Shown one piece after another: positions 43,790-56,952 of a stretch of 64,000 bases of DNA. The DNA is from Eledone cirrhosa. Lineage: Eukaryota. The number at the start of each line of letters is the position of its first letter. The first letter of the stretch is position 1. The DNA is taken from NCBI GenBank assembly GCA_964016885.1, contig OZ024743.1:59644001-59708000 (forward strand), read 5' to 3'. A program made the translations under genes and the position numbers. The notes under the pieces were generated by a model. That model was not told where the DNA came from. It made no database searches and saw nothing but the letters and a program-made list of their open reading frames with translations.

Positions 43790-46539
43790 TAGCGAAAGGA
43801 AACAACAGCTAAGGTAAACAAAGTCATCCTATACCTTGAGGTGAGGAACCTTCACTAGTGCAACAATATCCTCAAAGCAATATCAAATGCGGTGAGGAAA
43901 TTACTTGGCATAAAAGCGAGAGGAAACAACAAACAAGAACGATCAGAAGCTTGGTGGAAGAAACGACTGAACGGTCAAATCAGGGAAATGAGAAATTACA
44001 TTGGAAAGCTTGAGTCCCTACTGAATGGAACACAACAAAACATGGACACTAAAAATAAACTGGAAATAAAGTACAAAACTAGGAGGAAAAAGCTAAATAT
44101 TATCATAGAGGAACTGAAGCAACGCATTGTAGCAAATAGTGCAAAGAGTAGGCGATACGAGAGCAGAGTCAGTCAGTATAGACAGAACCGCAAGATGTTG
44201 TTTGGACAGCTTGAAGGGAAAGAAAGGGGCAACGACTTGATCACTGAGGCGGACAAACTAAGACATATGGGAGCAGGATGTTATACATAATGATCAGGCA
44301 GTGTAGATTGAGACAGTACAAAATGAGATTAGTGAACAGGCACACCAACAAACTGATTTGAGTATCACAGTTGAAGTTCTTAAGGGACAGGCCAGAAAAC
44401 TAACCAACTGGAAATCACCAGGCCAGATGGTGTGCAGGGTAATAGATTAAAAACATAACATCCCTCCACCCGAAACTGACAACCATGTTCAATGACTGCT
44501 TGATGTTAGGTGAGGTACCAGAGTGGTTGACAAAAGGTACCACAGTTCTGGTAATTAAAGTTCGATCAAGGGTAATGATGTTACCAACTATAGACCTATC
44601 ACATGTCTGTCCGTAATGTGGAAACTGTTAACAAGCTTTGTGTCTGAGGAAATCTACCATCACCTCCACATAAACAACTTGTTACCGGACGAACAGAAAG
44701 GATGCCGAAAGAAGTCCTGTGGTACAAAGGACCAGTTACTTATTGATAAGATGCTAATGAGGAATTGCAAGAGGAGACACACTGGTTTTGCCATTGGATG
44801 GATAGACTACAAAAATGCATTGGAGATGGTACCTCTTTCTTGGATAACCAAAAGCCTAGAGATCTTCAAGGTGGCAGATAATATCAGACAGTTGTTCAGC
44901 AAAAGTATTAAGTCCTGGAAAACAGACTTAACATCGTGTTGAGAATCCTTGAGAGGCGTGAAGATCAAGAGAGGTTTCTTCCCGGGAGATAGTTTGTCCC
45001 CTCTGTTATTTGTCCTTGCCCTGATCCCCCTGACCATTATACTGCGAAAAGTGAGAGGAGGATACAAGTAGGGAAAGGGAGAGCTTACCATCAATCGCCT
45101 CCTCTTCATGGACGATCTTAAGCTCTTCAGGAAGAGTTAGAAGGAGTTGGATGTGCATGTTGAAACTGTCCGTATTTTCAGCAATGAGATATGTATGCAA
45201 TTTGGTATTAGTAAGGGTGGAGACCTAGTGATGAAGAGGGGTAAATTGAGCAGAAGCAACGGAATCCAGGTACCAACAGGTGATGTGATAAAGTAAATTG
45301 ACACTGAAGAAGGATACAAATATTTTGGTGTTGTGGAGGCAGATGACATCAAGAACAAAAAAATGAAGGAATTGATAAGATCTGAATACATTCGGAGAGT
45401 AAGGAGCGTATTAAAATCAGATATGAACGGTAGGAATGCCATAAGTGCAGTAAATTCCCGAGCTGTGTCTATTATTAGGTACAGTGCGGGAATTCTGAAA
45501 TGGAATATTGCTGAACAAAAGGAAATGGATAGGAAGACAAGGATGCTATTGACTATCTACAACATGTTCCACAAGAGGAGTGATGTCGATAGACTCTACT
45601 TAAGGAGATCTGAAGGTGGAAGAGGTCTTATCAACATAGAGGACTGTGTTCAGATGGAGAAAAACAACCTACACAAATACGTGACTGATAGTAAGGAGCC
45701 AATGCTCAGAATTGTACTGAAGGAGAGGACAATTGACCAGTAGATGTCCAAGGAGGAAATAACAACAAGAAAGAAGAGCAACCTTCATGAAGAATCCCTT
45801 CATAGTACCTTCTTTGAAAAAACTGAATTTAGAGATTAACAGATATGGAACTGGTTGAAAAGAGGAGACTTTAAAAGGCTACGGAAGGAATGCAAGAGCA
45901 GGCCCTCAAAACGAAGTGGGTAAAACACCATATTTACAAGGAGGGCACTAGCCCACTGTGTAGGATATGTGGAGAGAGAAATGACTGCGGCTCACATTGT
46001 ATCCGAGTGTAAACACCTAGCCCAGACTCACTATAAAGGCTGGAGACATGATATGATGAGCAGGGTAATCCACTGGCATCTGTGCAAACTGAGAAGTGGT
46101 ATGCGAATAAGCCAGAGGCGGTGATAGAAAACGATCATGTGAAGATGCTGTGAGATTTTATGATACAGACGGAGAAGAAACTGGAACACAATAGACCTGA
46201 CCTGGTGGTTTTGGACAAGGAAAAAAGATCTTACCTGATTGTGGATGTAGCCTGTCCATTCGACACAAGAGTGCAAGAGAAGGAGAGGGTTAAAATTAAC
46301 CGATATCAGGTCTTAAAGTGGAGGTAAAAAGAATTTGGAACTGCCATGAATTCAAAGTGGTCCCGATTGTCATAGGCACATTAGGTACTATCTCAAAAGG
46401 TTTCCAGGGATGGTTAAATAAATTGCTGGGAAATGGCAAGAACCCTCCGATACGCCTTGAATATCTGAGGCTGCATGTAGCGGCATGATATTCATTTCAA
46501 CATACTTTCCAGTTAAATAACATCAATAACTGAGACTCA
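43790..46539 (+). mobile_element. Decayed R4/Dong-type non-LTR retrotransposon (RT + restriction-like endonuclease)
   Basis: [63 protein letters not shown] and RPDLVV. Followed by (TAA)n at 46540-46646. Confidence 0.9.
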
Positions 46540-46631
<92 letters not shown>

Positions 46632-46646
46632 TAATAATAATAATAA

Positions 46647-47790
46647 TGCTGAACAAAAAGAAATGGATAGGAAGATTAGGAAGCTATTGACTATCTACAA
46701 CATGTTCCACAAGAGGAGTGATGTCGATAGACTCTACCTAAGGAGATCTGAGGGTGGAAGAGGTCTTATCAGCATAGAGGACTGTGTTCAGATGGAGAAA
46801 AACAACCTATACAAATACGTGACCTATAGTAAGGAGCCAATGCTCAGAACTGTACTGAAGGAGGGGACAGTAGGCCAGGGGATGTCCAAGGAGGAAATAA
46901 CATCAAGGAGGAAGAGCAGCCTTAAGGGAAAATCCCTTCATAGTACCTTCTTTGAGAAAACTGAATTTAGAGATCCACAGACATGGAACTGGTTGAGAAG
47001 AGGAGACCTCAAAAAGGCTACAGAAGGAATGCTAATGGCTGCGCAGGAGCAGGTCCTCAAAACGAAGTGGTTGAAGCACCATATTTACAAGGAGGAGGCT
47101 AGCCCACTGTGCAAGATCTGTGGAGAGAGAGAGGAGACTGTGGCTCACATTGTGTCCGAGTGTAAACACCTAGCCCAGACCCACTATAAGGGCTGGAGAC
47201 ACGATGTGATGGGCAGGGTGATCCACTGGCACCTGTGCAAAGTAAACAATTTACCACATTCTGAGAAATGGTATGAGCATAGGCCAGAGGCGGTGATGGA
47301 GAACAATCAGGTGAAGGTGCTGTGGGATTTTAGGATACAGACGGACAAAAAACTGGAACACAATAGACCTGACCTGGTGGTTGTGGACAAGGAAAAAAGA
47401 TCGTGCCTGATTGTGGATGTGGCCTGCCCTTTCGACACGAGAGTGCAAGAGAAGGAGAGGGAGAAAATTAACCGATACCAGGACCTAAAGTGGGAGGTGA
47501 AAAGGATTTGGAACTGCCATGAAGTCGAAGTGATCCCGATTGTCATAGGCGCACTGGGGACTATCTCCAAAAGTTTCCAGGGATGGTTAAAGAAAATCGG
47601 CCCCTTCACGCTTTTTGGAACGCACAAAAGGCATGCTTGCTCGGAACAGCAAGAACCCTCCGATACGTCCTGAATATCTGAGGCTGCAGGTAGTGGCTTG
47701 ATATTCATTCCAACGGACTTTTCAGTTAACCAACATCAATGACTGAGATTCAAGGAATAACTACAATAATAATAATAATAATAATAATAA
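46647..47790 (+). mobile_element. 5'-truncated, better-preserved copy of the same R4/Dong family
   Basis: ORF 46663-47673 with CCHC finger CKICGEREETVAHIVSEC, RHD, LWDFRIQTD and RPD..VDVACP..K..RY.DL. (TAA)n tail at 47766-47790. Confidence 0.92.
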
Positions 47791-48744
47791 GGGAAGAAGA
47801 AGCACGTGGTGGATAGAAGGTCATGAAATCGCTCCCGTAAGTTTTTGATTTTTAACATATTTAAATCAATTGTGAAATAACAATTCTTAGTACAAATGAC
47901 ACATAAAGCACCAGAGTCAAGTCTTAGAAAATTCGGATTCATAATATATTGTTATATTGCTCAAACATTCAATTTTGTATTATACATTTTATATTCAAAA
48001 AAGAAAATGGTTATAAATGGAAGAAAACCCCCTCTGCCTACACTATATAGAACAGCCAAATAACAGCAATTTCACCAACACCAGAAACTAGATATACCAC
48101 CTACCCCATCACCCCTCTGTGTACCCTAAATACAACAGCCAGATAACGGCAATTTCACCACCACCACCACCAATCCCAGCATAATAATAATAATTACTAT
48201 TATTATTGTCTCAAGTTTTAACAAAATGTTTAATTCAAATATTAAGAAAATATGTCAACACATATATTAAAAATACGCGACAAACGCATAGATACACAGA
48301 TCAAACAAAACAACAGTCTATTCACCAAAACTCAGTAACGCCAACGCATCACCATAGTCACCGCCGCCATCACTCCATCCATCATTGCTACCACTATCCC
48401 ATCACCGCCGCCACCACTCCTTCATTGCTACCACCACTATTTCCCCATTACCTTCTGTTAACATAAGAAAGGGGAAGGTGGCGGTATCACTAGACAAGGG
48501 AGAGGCTAGCAAAAGATATAAATAGATTGACTTAGTGACCCGGCCACCGGCCAAACGTCAACGACTATGGGTACTGCTAACTCCCCTCTTCCCCACCGAC
48601 AATAGAAAAAGCCCCAGCACCACCACCGACATAGCCAACAACAATAACAGGCAACTTCAGCAAAAAGTATATTATATTATTAATAATTTCATTTTTAAGC
48701 CACGCAATGCTCACATTAAGGAACCACTCATGATAATAATAATT

Positions 48745-51700
48745 TAAAAAACAATAAAAAAGAAAACCCCGTGACCAAGAAATAGCGGGATGGCGGCCGA
48801 GGGGGAATAGCCGTGTCACTAGGGTGGGACAATCCCTCTAGTCTTAGTTGACACTCGTCCTAGAAGTGGTAACACGAAATGATTACCCCTTGGCGGATAA
48901 GGATAAAACGCGACAAAATAAAGTAAATGTCTAATAATAAATTCTCATACTGGATCGGCCGTCACCCGGGTCAAAAAGGGCCGCGTCCCTCAGAGAGGGA
49001 CCAGCCTGGGGTCAAAAAATCAGCTAATGTTTCAAACCTTCCCATCACTTCGGAGCTGGAGACCTCCCATAACCGGAATACTCCTACTGTTGGCCCTCCA
49101 TGCTCACCACAAGAAATCCAAAGAAAAAGAGAGAAAAATGGTCAAGGGAAGATAATAAAGAAGTCCTTGAGGCTTTCTACACTGACATGTACTATCCATC
49201 AAATACATCGAATACAGAACAGACATATATCAACTGGAAAAAAGAAAGATCCCGAAAACAGAGGCGATATTGACAGTAACAAACTAGCCAATATACGAAA
49301 AAATATTGTAAAAAAAAAGTTAATAACTGATATAGAAATTGATCAGATCAAGCTATTAGCAAAAAGTCAGCGAAGGGAAAATGAAAAATGTGTCAGTGAA
49401 AACGAGGTAAATTGTAACACTTCGAATCCGAGGGTTGGGGCGGAATCACTGACAACAGAACAAATTAAAGAAAGGATCGAAAAAGTGGAGGGAGTGCATG
49501 CTCAAGATGAAACTCCAAATGAAAACAATGAGATCGTAAATGATAAAGGAATGAATGAGAATGAACTTGCCAACTTGAAGGATGAAATTAGGATCGAATG
49601 GATGAAAATGAAAGAATCTGACATGGGGGAACGCGACACCCTCCCTAAGATCCAAAACTCCAAACAGAACCAAAAGATAATACACAAGACTAACATAATT
49701 CTCAAAAATATTATCATCACAAACAATCTAAACATTACTGATTTAAATCATCTCTATTATGCATCGGCTAAAGTCACCACTCACTTATGTGGAGTGAAGA
49801 TGAAAAAACAAAGGAATTCCCACAAGAAATCTACTTGGCAAGAGAACATCAATCGCCAAATAAACCTTCTCCGATCTGACATAGAAATGTTAACAAACTA
49901 TAAAGTAGGTGAACATGTTAAACAAACTAAACTTAGAAAATTGAAAAAAAAGTACAGTATAAAATCAACATGTGACATAGACATGCTGATAGAAATAATC
50001 AAGCAAAAAGTGTCGGCCAAAGCTGCTCGTATAAGGCGCTTTGAAAAACAATCTAGATTCTATAAGGAAAATAATATGTTCAAAAACAACAAAAGAAACG
50101 TCTACAGCAAAATTGGTAAGTTAACAATAACTGCTAAATCAATACCACCCATAGAGGAAGTGCAAGAATTCTGGGAAAAGATCTGGGCCGAAGAAACAGT
50201 TCATAATATACATGCCCCATAGACAGACAGACAAATGAAAGATACAGCTCACCTTGATGAACAAATATGGGAAAATATAACAGTTGAACAGTTGCCTTTG
50301 GCTCTAAGAAAAACAAAGCAAATGGAAATCCCCAGGAAAAGACAAAATACAAAATGTTTGGATAAATGCCTTCACAGAGTCTTATGAACTGTTAGCCCAA
50401 CTTTACAATGAAATAGTTAAGGAGCCAGAAAAGATACCATCATGGCTAGTTAACGGCATTACATTCCTGCTTCCGAAGAATGATGAGACAAACAATCCCC
50501 AAAATTACAGACCGATAACTTGCTTGACCACACTGTATAACATTTTAACATCAGTCCTAACTGAATATACATATGACCACCTGATAACAAATGACCTATT
50601 TCCCATTGAGCAGAAAGGGTGTAAACGAGGCTCATATGGCTGTAAGGATCAGCTTTTGGTTAACAAAATGATACTGGAAGATTGTCATATTAGACACAAA
50701 AATCTATTAATTGCTTGGATAGATTATAAAAAAGCATTCGATAGTTTGCCACACAGTTGGATTGAAAAATGTTTAGAGATTCTCAAAATATCTCCCCTTG
50801 TCAGGAGGTTTTTGTTATTCAGTATGAAGACATGGAAAACGACACTCCTTTTGAATAGTGAAACAAAATCACTGGAAGCTGGAGAAGATAATATTAATTG
50901 TGGAATTTTTCAGGGTGACTCTTTATCACCGCTTTTATTCTGCATCGCGCTTATACCATTAAGTAAAATGCTCAATGAAACAAAACATAGATATAAAGTC
51001 TATGACAAAACCATTAATCACTTGTTCTGCATGGATGACCTGAAACTTTTTGCAAAAAATGATGAACAATTGCAAGGGCTATTATCCACTGTGGAGCAGT
51101 TCAGTGATGACATTAAAATGGAGTTTGGACTAGATAAATTCGCCAAAGCAACGTTCACCAGAGGAAAGCTGCTGAAAAGTTCAGACATTAATCTTGATCG
51201 GGGGAGTGTGATAAGAGAACTTGACAAGAGGAAACTTACAAATATCTAGGTGTTTGTGAAGGAGACGGAATCAAGCACTCGACAATGAGGGAAAGGATAA
51301 GGAAGGAATGTTACCGCAGGGTAAGAGCAATCTTAAGAACGGAATTGAATGCAAGGAATTGGATCGATGCCATAAAACACGCTTGCCATACCAGTAGTAA
51401 CCTACAGTTACAATGTCATCAATTGGTCAAGCACAGAGATCCGTAGGCTCGATACAAAAATTCGAAAATTCTTAACCATGCACAGAATGCATCACGCTAA
51501 GGCAGATACAGATAGAATATATCTCCCTAGGAAAGAAGGAGGACGTGGGTTAATCCAGTTCGACATTGCGTTGAAAACTCCAACAATTGGATTATCTACA
51601 TATCTAAGGGAATCACATGATTGGATGTATATGGAAAATACCCAGAACGAGCTAACAATCCTGATGTTGACAAAACTTTAACCCATCAGTGGTTGGCATC

Positions 51701-52521
51701 CTCTGGACTGAAATCGGAGACTGAAGGACTGATTATATCAGCACAAGATCAGTGTCTGCCAATAAAAAATTACCAAGCCAACATAATAAAAAATGGATGC
51801 AGCCCATTGTGCCGTGTATGTAAAAAACAACCAGAGACCATTGACCATATAATTTCAATATGCAGTCCTATAGCTCCAACCGAATACCTAAACAGGCATG
51901 ACAGAGCTGCACAATACATACATTGGATAATGTGCAAGCATTTTGACCTGCCCCATCAAAAGAATTGGTGGGAGCATCAACCACCTCCCATACTTGAAAA
52001 AAGATCACATCTCAATCTTGTGGAAATTTAGCATCCAAACAGACCGAAAAATAGTTGCAAATAGACCTGATATAATATTGAAGGACTTTAAAAAGAGGGT
52101 ATGCTTGCTAATTGATATGTCCGTTCCAATAGACAAGAATGTATCTATAAAAACATTTGAAACATTGAGCAAGTATAAGGACCTGGAGATAGAAATTGGA
52201 AAAATGTGGAAATTGAGAACTAAAACAATACCAGTGGTTGTAGGCGCTCTAAGAATGATACCTAAGGGGTCCAATGATTACTTATCGCAAATCCCAGGAA
52301 ACCCGCGTATAGGAGAAATACGAAAGATATTACTAATGGGAACTGCCCATATACTAAGGAAGATTCTGTCAATATAAGTACATCACAAGTATAAACACCT
52401 AATGATGCATGTGTGTGTATATATGTTCTTTCTTGAACATGGCGGACCTTGTTGTCTCTTGAGGTCACTGGTTGTGTCATGGTGATAACTCGTATGAACA
52501 TAAAGCAAGATAAATGCAGCT

Positions 52522-52562
<41 letters not shown>
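48745..52562 (+). mobile_element. Near full-length R4/Dong-type element (second family), frameshifted ORF 48927-52377
   Basis: N-terminal domain, RT (EQKGC, WIDYKKAFD, FQGDSLSPLLF, CMDDLKLF), CRVC..ETIDHIISIC, RHD and RPDII..IDMSVP. (TAA)n on both sides (48733-48742, 52523-52562). Confidence 0.92.
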
Positions 52563-52563
<1 letters not shown>

Positions 52564-53296
52564 TTTTCTTTATTAACCACAAGGGTTTACATAAAGTAGA
52601 CATTAAGGACAGTACAGGACAATACAGGACGGTACAAATGGGCATTTCTGCGTGTAAAAAAAAGAGAGGTTGAAATCAAATAACAAAGAAAAATTCCCCA
52701 ATAGGGGGGAGACTTCCGAGGGACATTTGTGGAGAAAGCCCATTAAAAGACCACAGTGGCCCTGACCACCAGGTCAAGTGCCCTCTCCCAGTTTTCCACC
52801 TTTAATTTACAGACACATACTCAGAGAAGGCCCATTCATTCGGGCCATACTTGCTTCTCTCACCCATCTTTCAACAAAATGCTGGGAAGAGAGCACTTCC
52901 CTCTCTACCCTGATTTTCCTTTTCAAATGAAATTTGAAAAAGTTAATCAGGGCATCACCGAAGAGGTAAGTGCTCGTCTTCAGCCCTTTCAAACGTGTCC
53001 ACCATACTATCTCTTTCGCCATGGCCACCAGACAGATAAAAACTGCCTGCCCTTCCCGGCTAAAGGAAGGGGGCGGGGCAATCCTCACGATGGACTCAGC
53101 TGATAGCTGGATCCGTCCTACACGTGACAGCAGGTGTTCGACATAAACCCACAAGTCAGCAATGCTCGGACACTGGACGAGTGCGTGCAGGACGGTTTCG
53201 TCGCCCTGCGCGCATCTCGGACATGCCCGGCTGACGGCACCTCCATGCCTGTAGAGTTTATCCCGAACTGGCAAAGCTCCTCGGTAGCACTGCCAG
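52564..53296 (-). mobile_element. 3' fragment of L1/Tx1-like LINE (zinc-knuckle, zf-RVT-like)
   Basis: LPVRDKLYRHG..CPRCAQGDETVLHALVQC..W. AATAAA near the 3' end. Flanked by (TAA)n. Confidence 0.7.
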
Positions 53297-53311
53297 AATA
53301 ATAATAATAAT

Positions 53312-56300
53312 TGAAATAACTGAGCTGAAGCATGCTGTGGAGAATGAGAAATATAAGTCATGAAAGAACCGAAGAATCTCCTGGAGATAGTAACCAGTCT
53401 CGAATGTTTACCGACAGACCTCTACCTGACCAAACCTCAAGTAGGTTTGTAGAAATGAGTAGTCCTATTGAACCTGATGAAAATAGCCAGGAATAGTGTA
53501 TAGAAAAAGTACTCGAAGACCAAACTTGTGCTGAAGAAGACAGAGAGTCTATGAAGGAATTGAAACAGAAAATACTGAATGAGCTTTCAGTTGTAAGACA
53601 TACTAGTATAAGTGATAGAGAACCACTTCAAACACTCCCAAATACAATCCAAATTAAAAAACAAATAATGATTGATAAATATGTAACAAAGAAAACATAG
53701 AAAAATTAGAACCTGATCTTACTGAGTTAACTGAAATTATTTATGCATCTATTAGGGTAATTGAAACAAGTCGTTTACCACCAAAAGAACAAAGAATGTG
53801 TAACTTAAGAAGTAAACCTAATTTGAGGAGTAGAATTGAAAAGGAAATTGACCTATGCCAAGTCTAAAGAAATAGGAAAGGAGAAAATAACTATTGCAGA
53901 CCCTCCGTCCATAGATGAAGTTGAAATCTCTTGGAGAAAGATTTGGGGTGATGAGAAGTCACATAATGCTAATGTAGATTGGATTAGTCATTTGGAAAAA
54001 TCCTACATAAATTTATAAGAACAGGCATGGGAAGAAATATCTATAGCCAACGGAAGGACAGCACTCAATAAAGCTCATAAGTGGAAATCTCCTGGTAGAG
54101 ACAGGGTGCGACATTTCTGGCTTTCCTCACTCAGGTGTACTCACAATATTAGTGAAGCTGTTCAACGGAATTATGAAAGATAAACAAAATGTGTCATTAC
54201 CTACCTTCTCCCAAAGAACAATGAAACTAAGTATCCACAAAACTATCGGCCTATAACTTGCTTTTCCACCACTTATAAGCTATTAACCTCTATTTTCATG
54301 GAGAAAGCATACGTGTTTTTAGAGGAGAACAATCTTTTCCCCATTGAAAAAAAAGCGTGCCGACGAGGTTCATATGGTTGTAAAGATCAACTCTTGATTA
54401 ATCGTATGGTCCTTGGGAACTGTCATAAAAACCACAGAAATCTCAGTCCTGCATGGATCGACTACAAAAAAACTTTTGACAGCATACTGCACTCATGAAT
54501 TCCGAAATTACTGGACATCTTCAAAATCTCACCTGTGATTCCAAACTTCCTGAAATACAATGCCATTATGGAACACACATCTCCAATTATTTCATTCCAA
54601 TGGAGTACTAAGTTCTAAGAATATTAACATCAACTGTGGCATTTTCTAAGGTGACTCACTTTCTCCCTTACCTTTTTGCATAGCTTTAATAACCCTTACA
54701 TCCGAACTTAATAGAACAGGGTACGGTTACAAAATTAAAAACAAGAAAATACGCCACCTATTTTATATGGTTGATTTAAAGTTATATTGCAAAGACAATG
54801 ACGAACTGGAGGGCCTTTTGAGGCCAGTAAAAACATTTAGCGATGACTGGAGAATGGAGTTTGGACTTGATAAGTGTGCCAAAGCCACTTTCAAGAAGTG
54901 GAATCTTATCAACTCAAACTCAGTTTAATTAGAAGCTGGAACGATCATAAAGGAACTTGAGCAGGAACAAACCTACAAATACGTAGGGATTAATGAGGGC
55001 TCTGGCATACAGCATGCAAGTACGAAAGAGAATAAGGAAGAATGTTACTGGAGAGTACGCGAAGTTCTGAAACCAGAACTAAATACTCATAACAAGGTTT
55101 TAGCCATAAATTCCTTGGCAGTTCCAGTTGTCATTTATAGCTTCGGTGTGTTGAACTGGAACATGAGTGAAATTAAAGGAATCGACTCCAGAATCCGTAA
55201 GTTATTTAATTGTAATAGGATGGACCACCCGAAAGCAGATGTGGATCACCTTTACCTTCCTAGAACTCAGGGAGGTCAAGGTCTGATCCAATTTGAACTT
55301 ACCTACAAGAACACCAATCTTGGACTTAGGCAAATACCTTGAAACAACAAACGACTGTATGTTAAAGCTTGTTGAAATACATGAGAGTAGTAAGAATCTT
55401 CATTCTATCTTGAAGGACAGCAAAAGTTATGCTACTGATTTCATGCTTGACCCCCAGGTTGAACGGACTGATGAAACTGTTGCAATTGTTGCTGCTAAGC
55501 ACATGAAATGCATGGCAAATATGTGGTCCATAACAAGCAAGTTAATGTTGACCAAAAGCACACCCATCAGTGGCTACGTAGTTCAGGGCTAAAATCAGAG
55601 AGCGAACGCTTCATCTTAACTACCCAAAGATCAAAGCTTACTGACTCGAATTACCAGGCCAATGTGATGAGAAATGGAGTAAATCCAAAGTGCCGATTAG
55701 GCAATGTTGAGGTTGAAACAGTGGACCACCCAGTTTCTGGATGTAAAGTTTTAGCCCTAGTAGAGTACAAAAATAGTCATGACAGAGTTGGCCAATATAA
55801 TATCTACACTAGGTCATATGTCGGCATTATAAAATCAATGCTGCTGACAAGTGGTACAATCATCACCCCGAGGCTATAACAGAAGGAGAAAAAGTAACAA
55901 TTCTTTGGGACTTTCCTGTCCATACTGACTGGACCATAACAGCTAATAGACCAGATATCATTATAAAAGACCAACATAGCAAAGCCTGTTTACTGATTGA
56001 TATGAGCATCCCCTGTGATCACAATATCGTGGCAAAAGAATTTGACAAGCTAAGAAAATATAAAGATCTGCTAATTGAAATCGAAAAACTGTTGCACCTC
56101 AAGGCCTTTACAATACCAGTGGTTGTGGGAGCACTTGGAATGATCAAGAAAGGAACAGAACGGTATTTGAGGATGATTCCTGGTTTACCCTCTCTGCAAG
56201 AGGTGCAAACAATTGTTTTGACTGGTACTGCCCACGTATTGAGGAAAGTAATATCTCTGTGAGAATGATACCCCCCCCCCTCCTTGTGTGGTTGTGTGCG

Positions 56301-56490
56301 TTTGTGAGTAGTGCACTATCTATGTAAGAATGATAAGCTGTAAATAGTATTCAATGCGATGTATTAAATGGCTTACCAATGTATACAATGAATTTATTTT
56401 CCCTAGATGTCAGGAAAACACTCGGCATATATCAGAAACAATACTGAAGGAAAAGGAAAAACGATAAAAACGATAATAATAATAATAGTA
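53312..56490 (+). mobile_element. Decayed R4/Dong-type element (third family)
   Basis: GSYGCKDQLLIN, WIDYKKTFD, HPKADVDHLYLPRTQGGQGL, HQWLRSSGLKSE, ANRPDII and IPVVVGALG. ORF ends at 56262. (TAA)n at ~56473-56490. Confidence 0.88.
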
Positions 56491-56599
56491 AGGACGGCTC
56501 ATGTCTTCGTTAGGAATAGTGACGCCGTTTCGCTATTGACCAGCTTAAGTTTCGATCTGTATCTACCTAGTCCGACTCTGGAATCAAAATTATGTCGTG

Positions 56600-56803
56600 G
56601 TAATGCATCGTAAGCAAAGCTTCGCAGCATATAGTTACGGCCCTTTACGCTATAAGTTCAAATTCTGCCGAGGTTAGCTTTGCCTTTCTTTATTACGTAG
56701 TCGACAAAATAGAACAAAAATCAGTAACGCACTAGAGTCGATATAATCGTCTTTCCCTTCCTCTAAAATTACTGGCCTTGTGTCTAAATCAGAAAATATT
56801 ATT
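56600..56803 (+). mobile_element. Diverged tRNA-derived SINE (longer subfamily)
   Basis: aagttcaaattctgccgaggttagctttgcctttc..ctggccttgtgtctaaa. Confidence 0.7.
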
Positions 56804-56921
56804 TTAATATATCTATATAAATACACAAACACACACATACACACTCACACATACATACTGCCCCAAGTATCGAGTACTCTGGTGTGTAAAGGTCTAACTG
56901 GTTTTTACCGCCTCCATTCTC

Positions 56922-56945
<24 letters not shown>

Positions 56946-56952
<7 letters not shown>

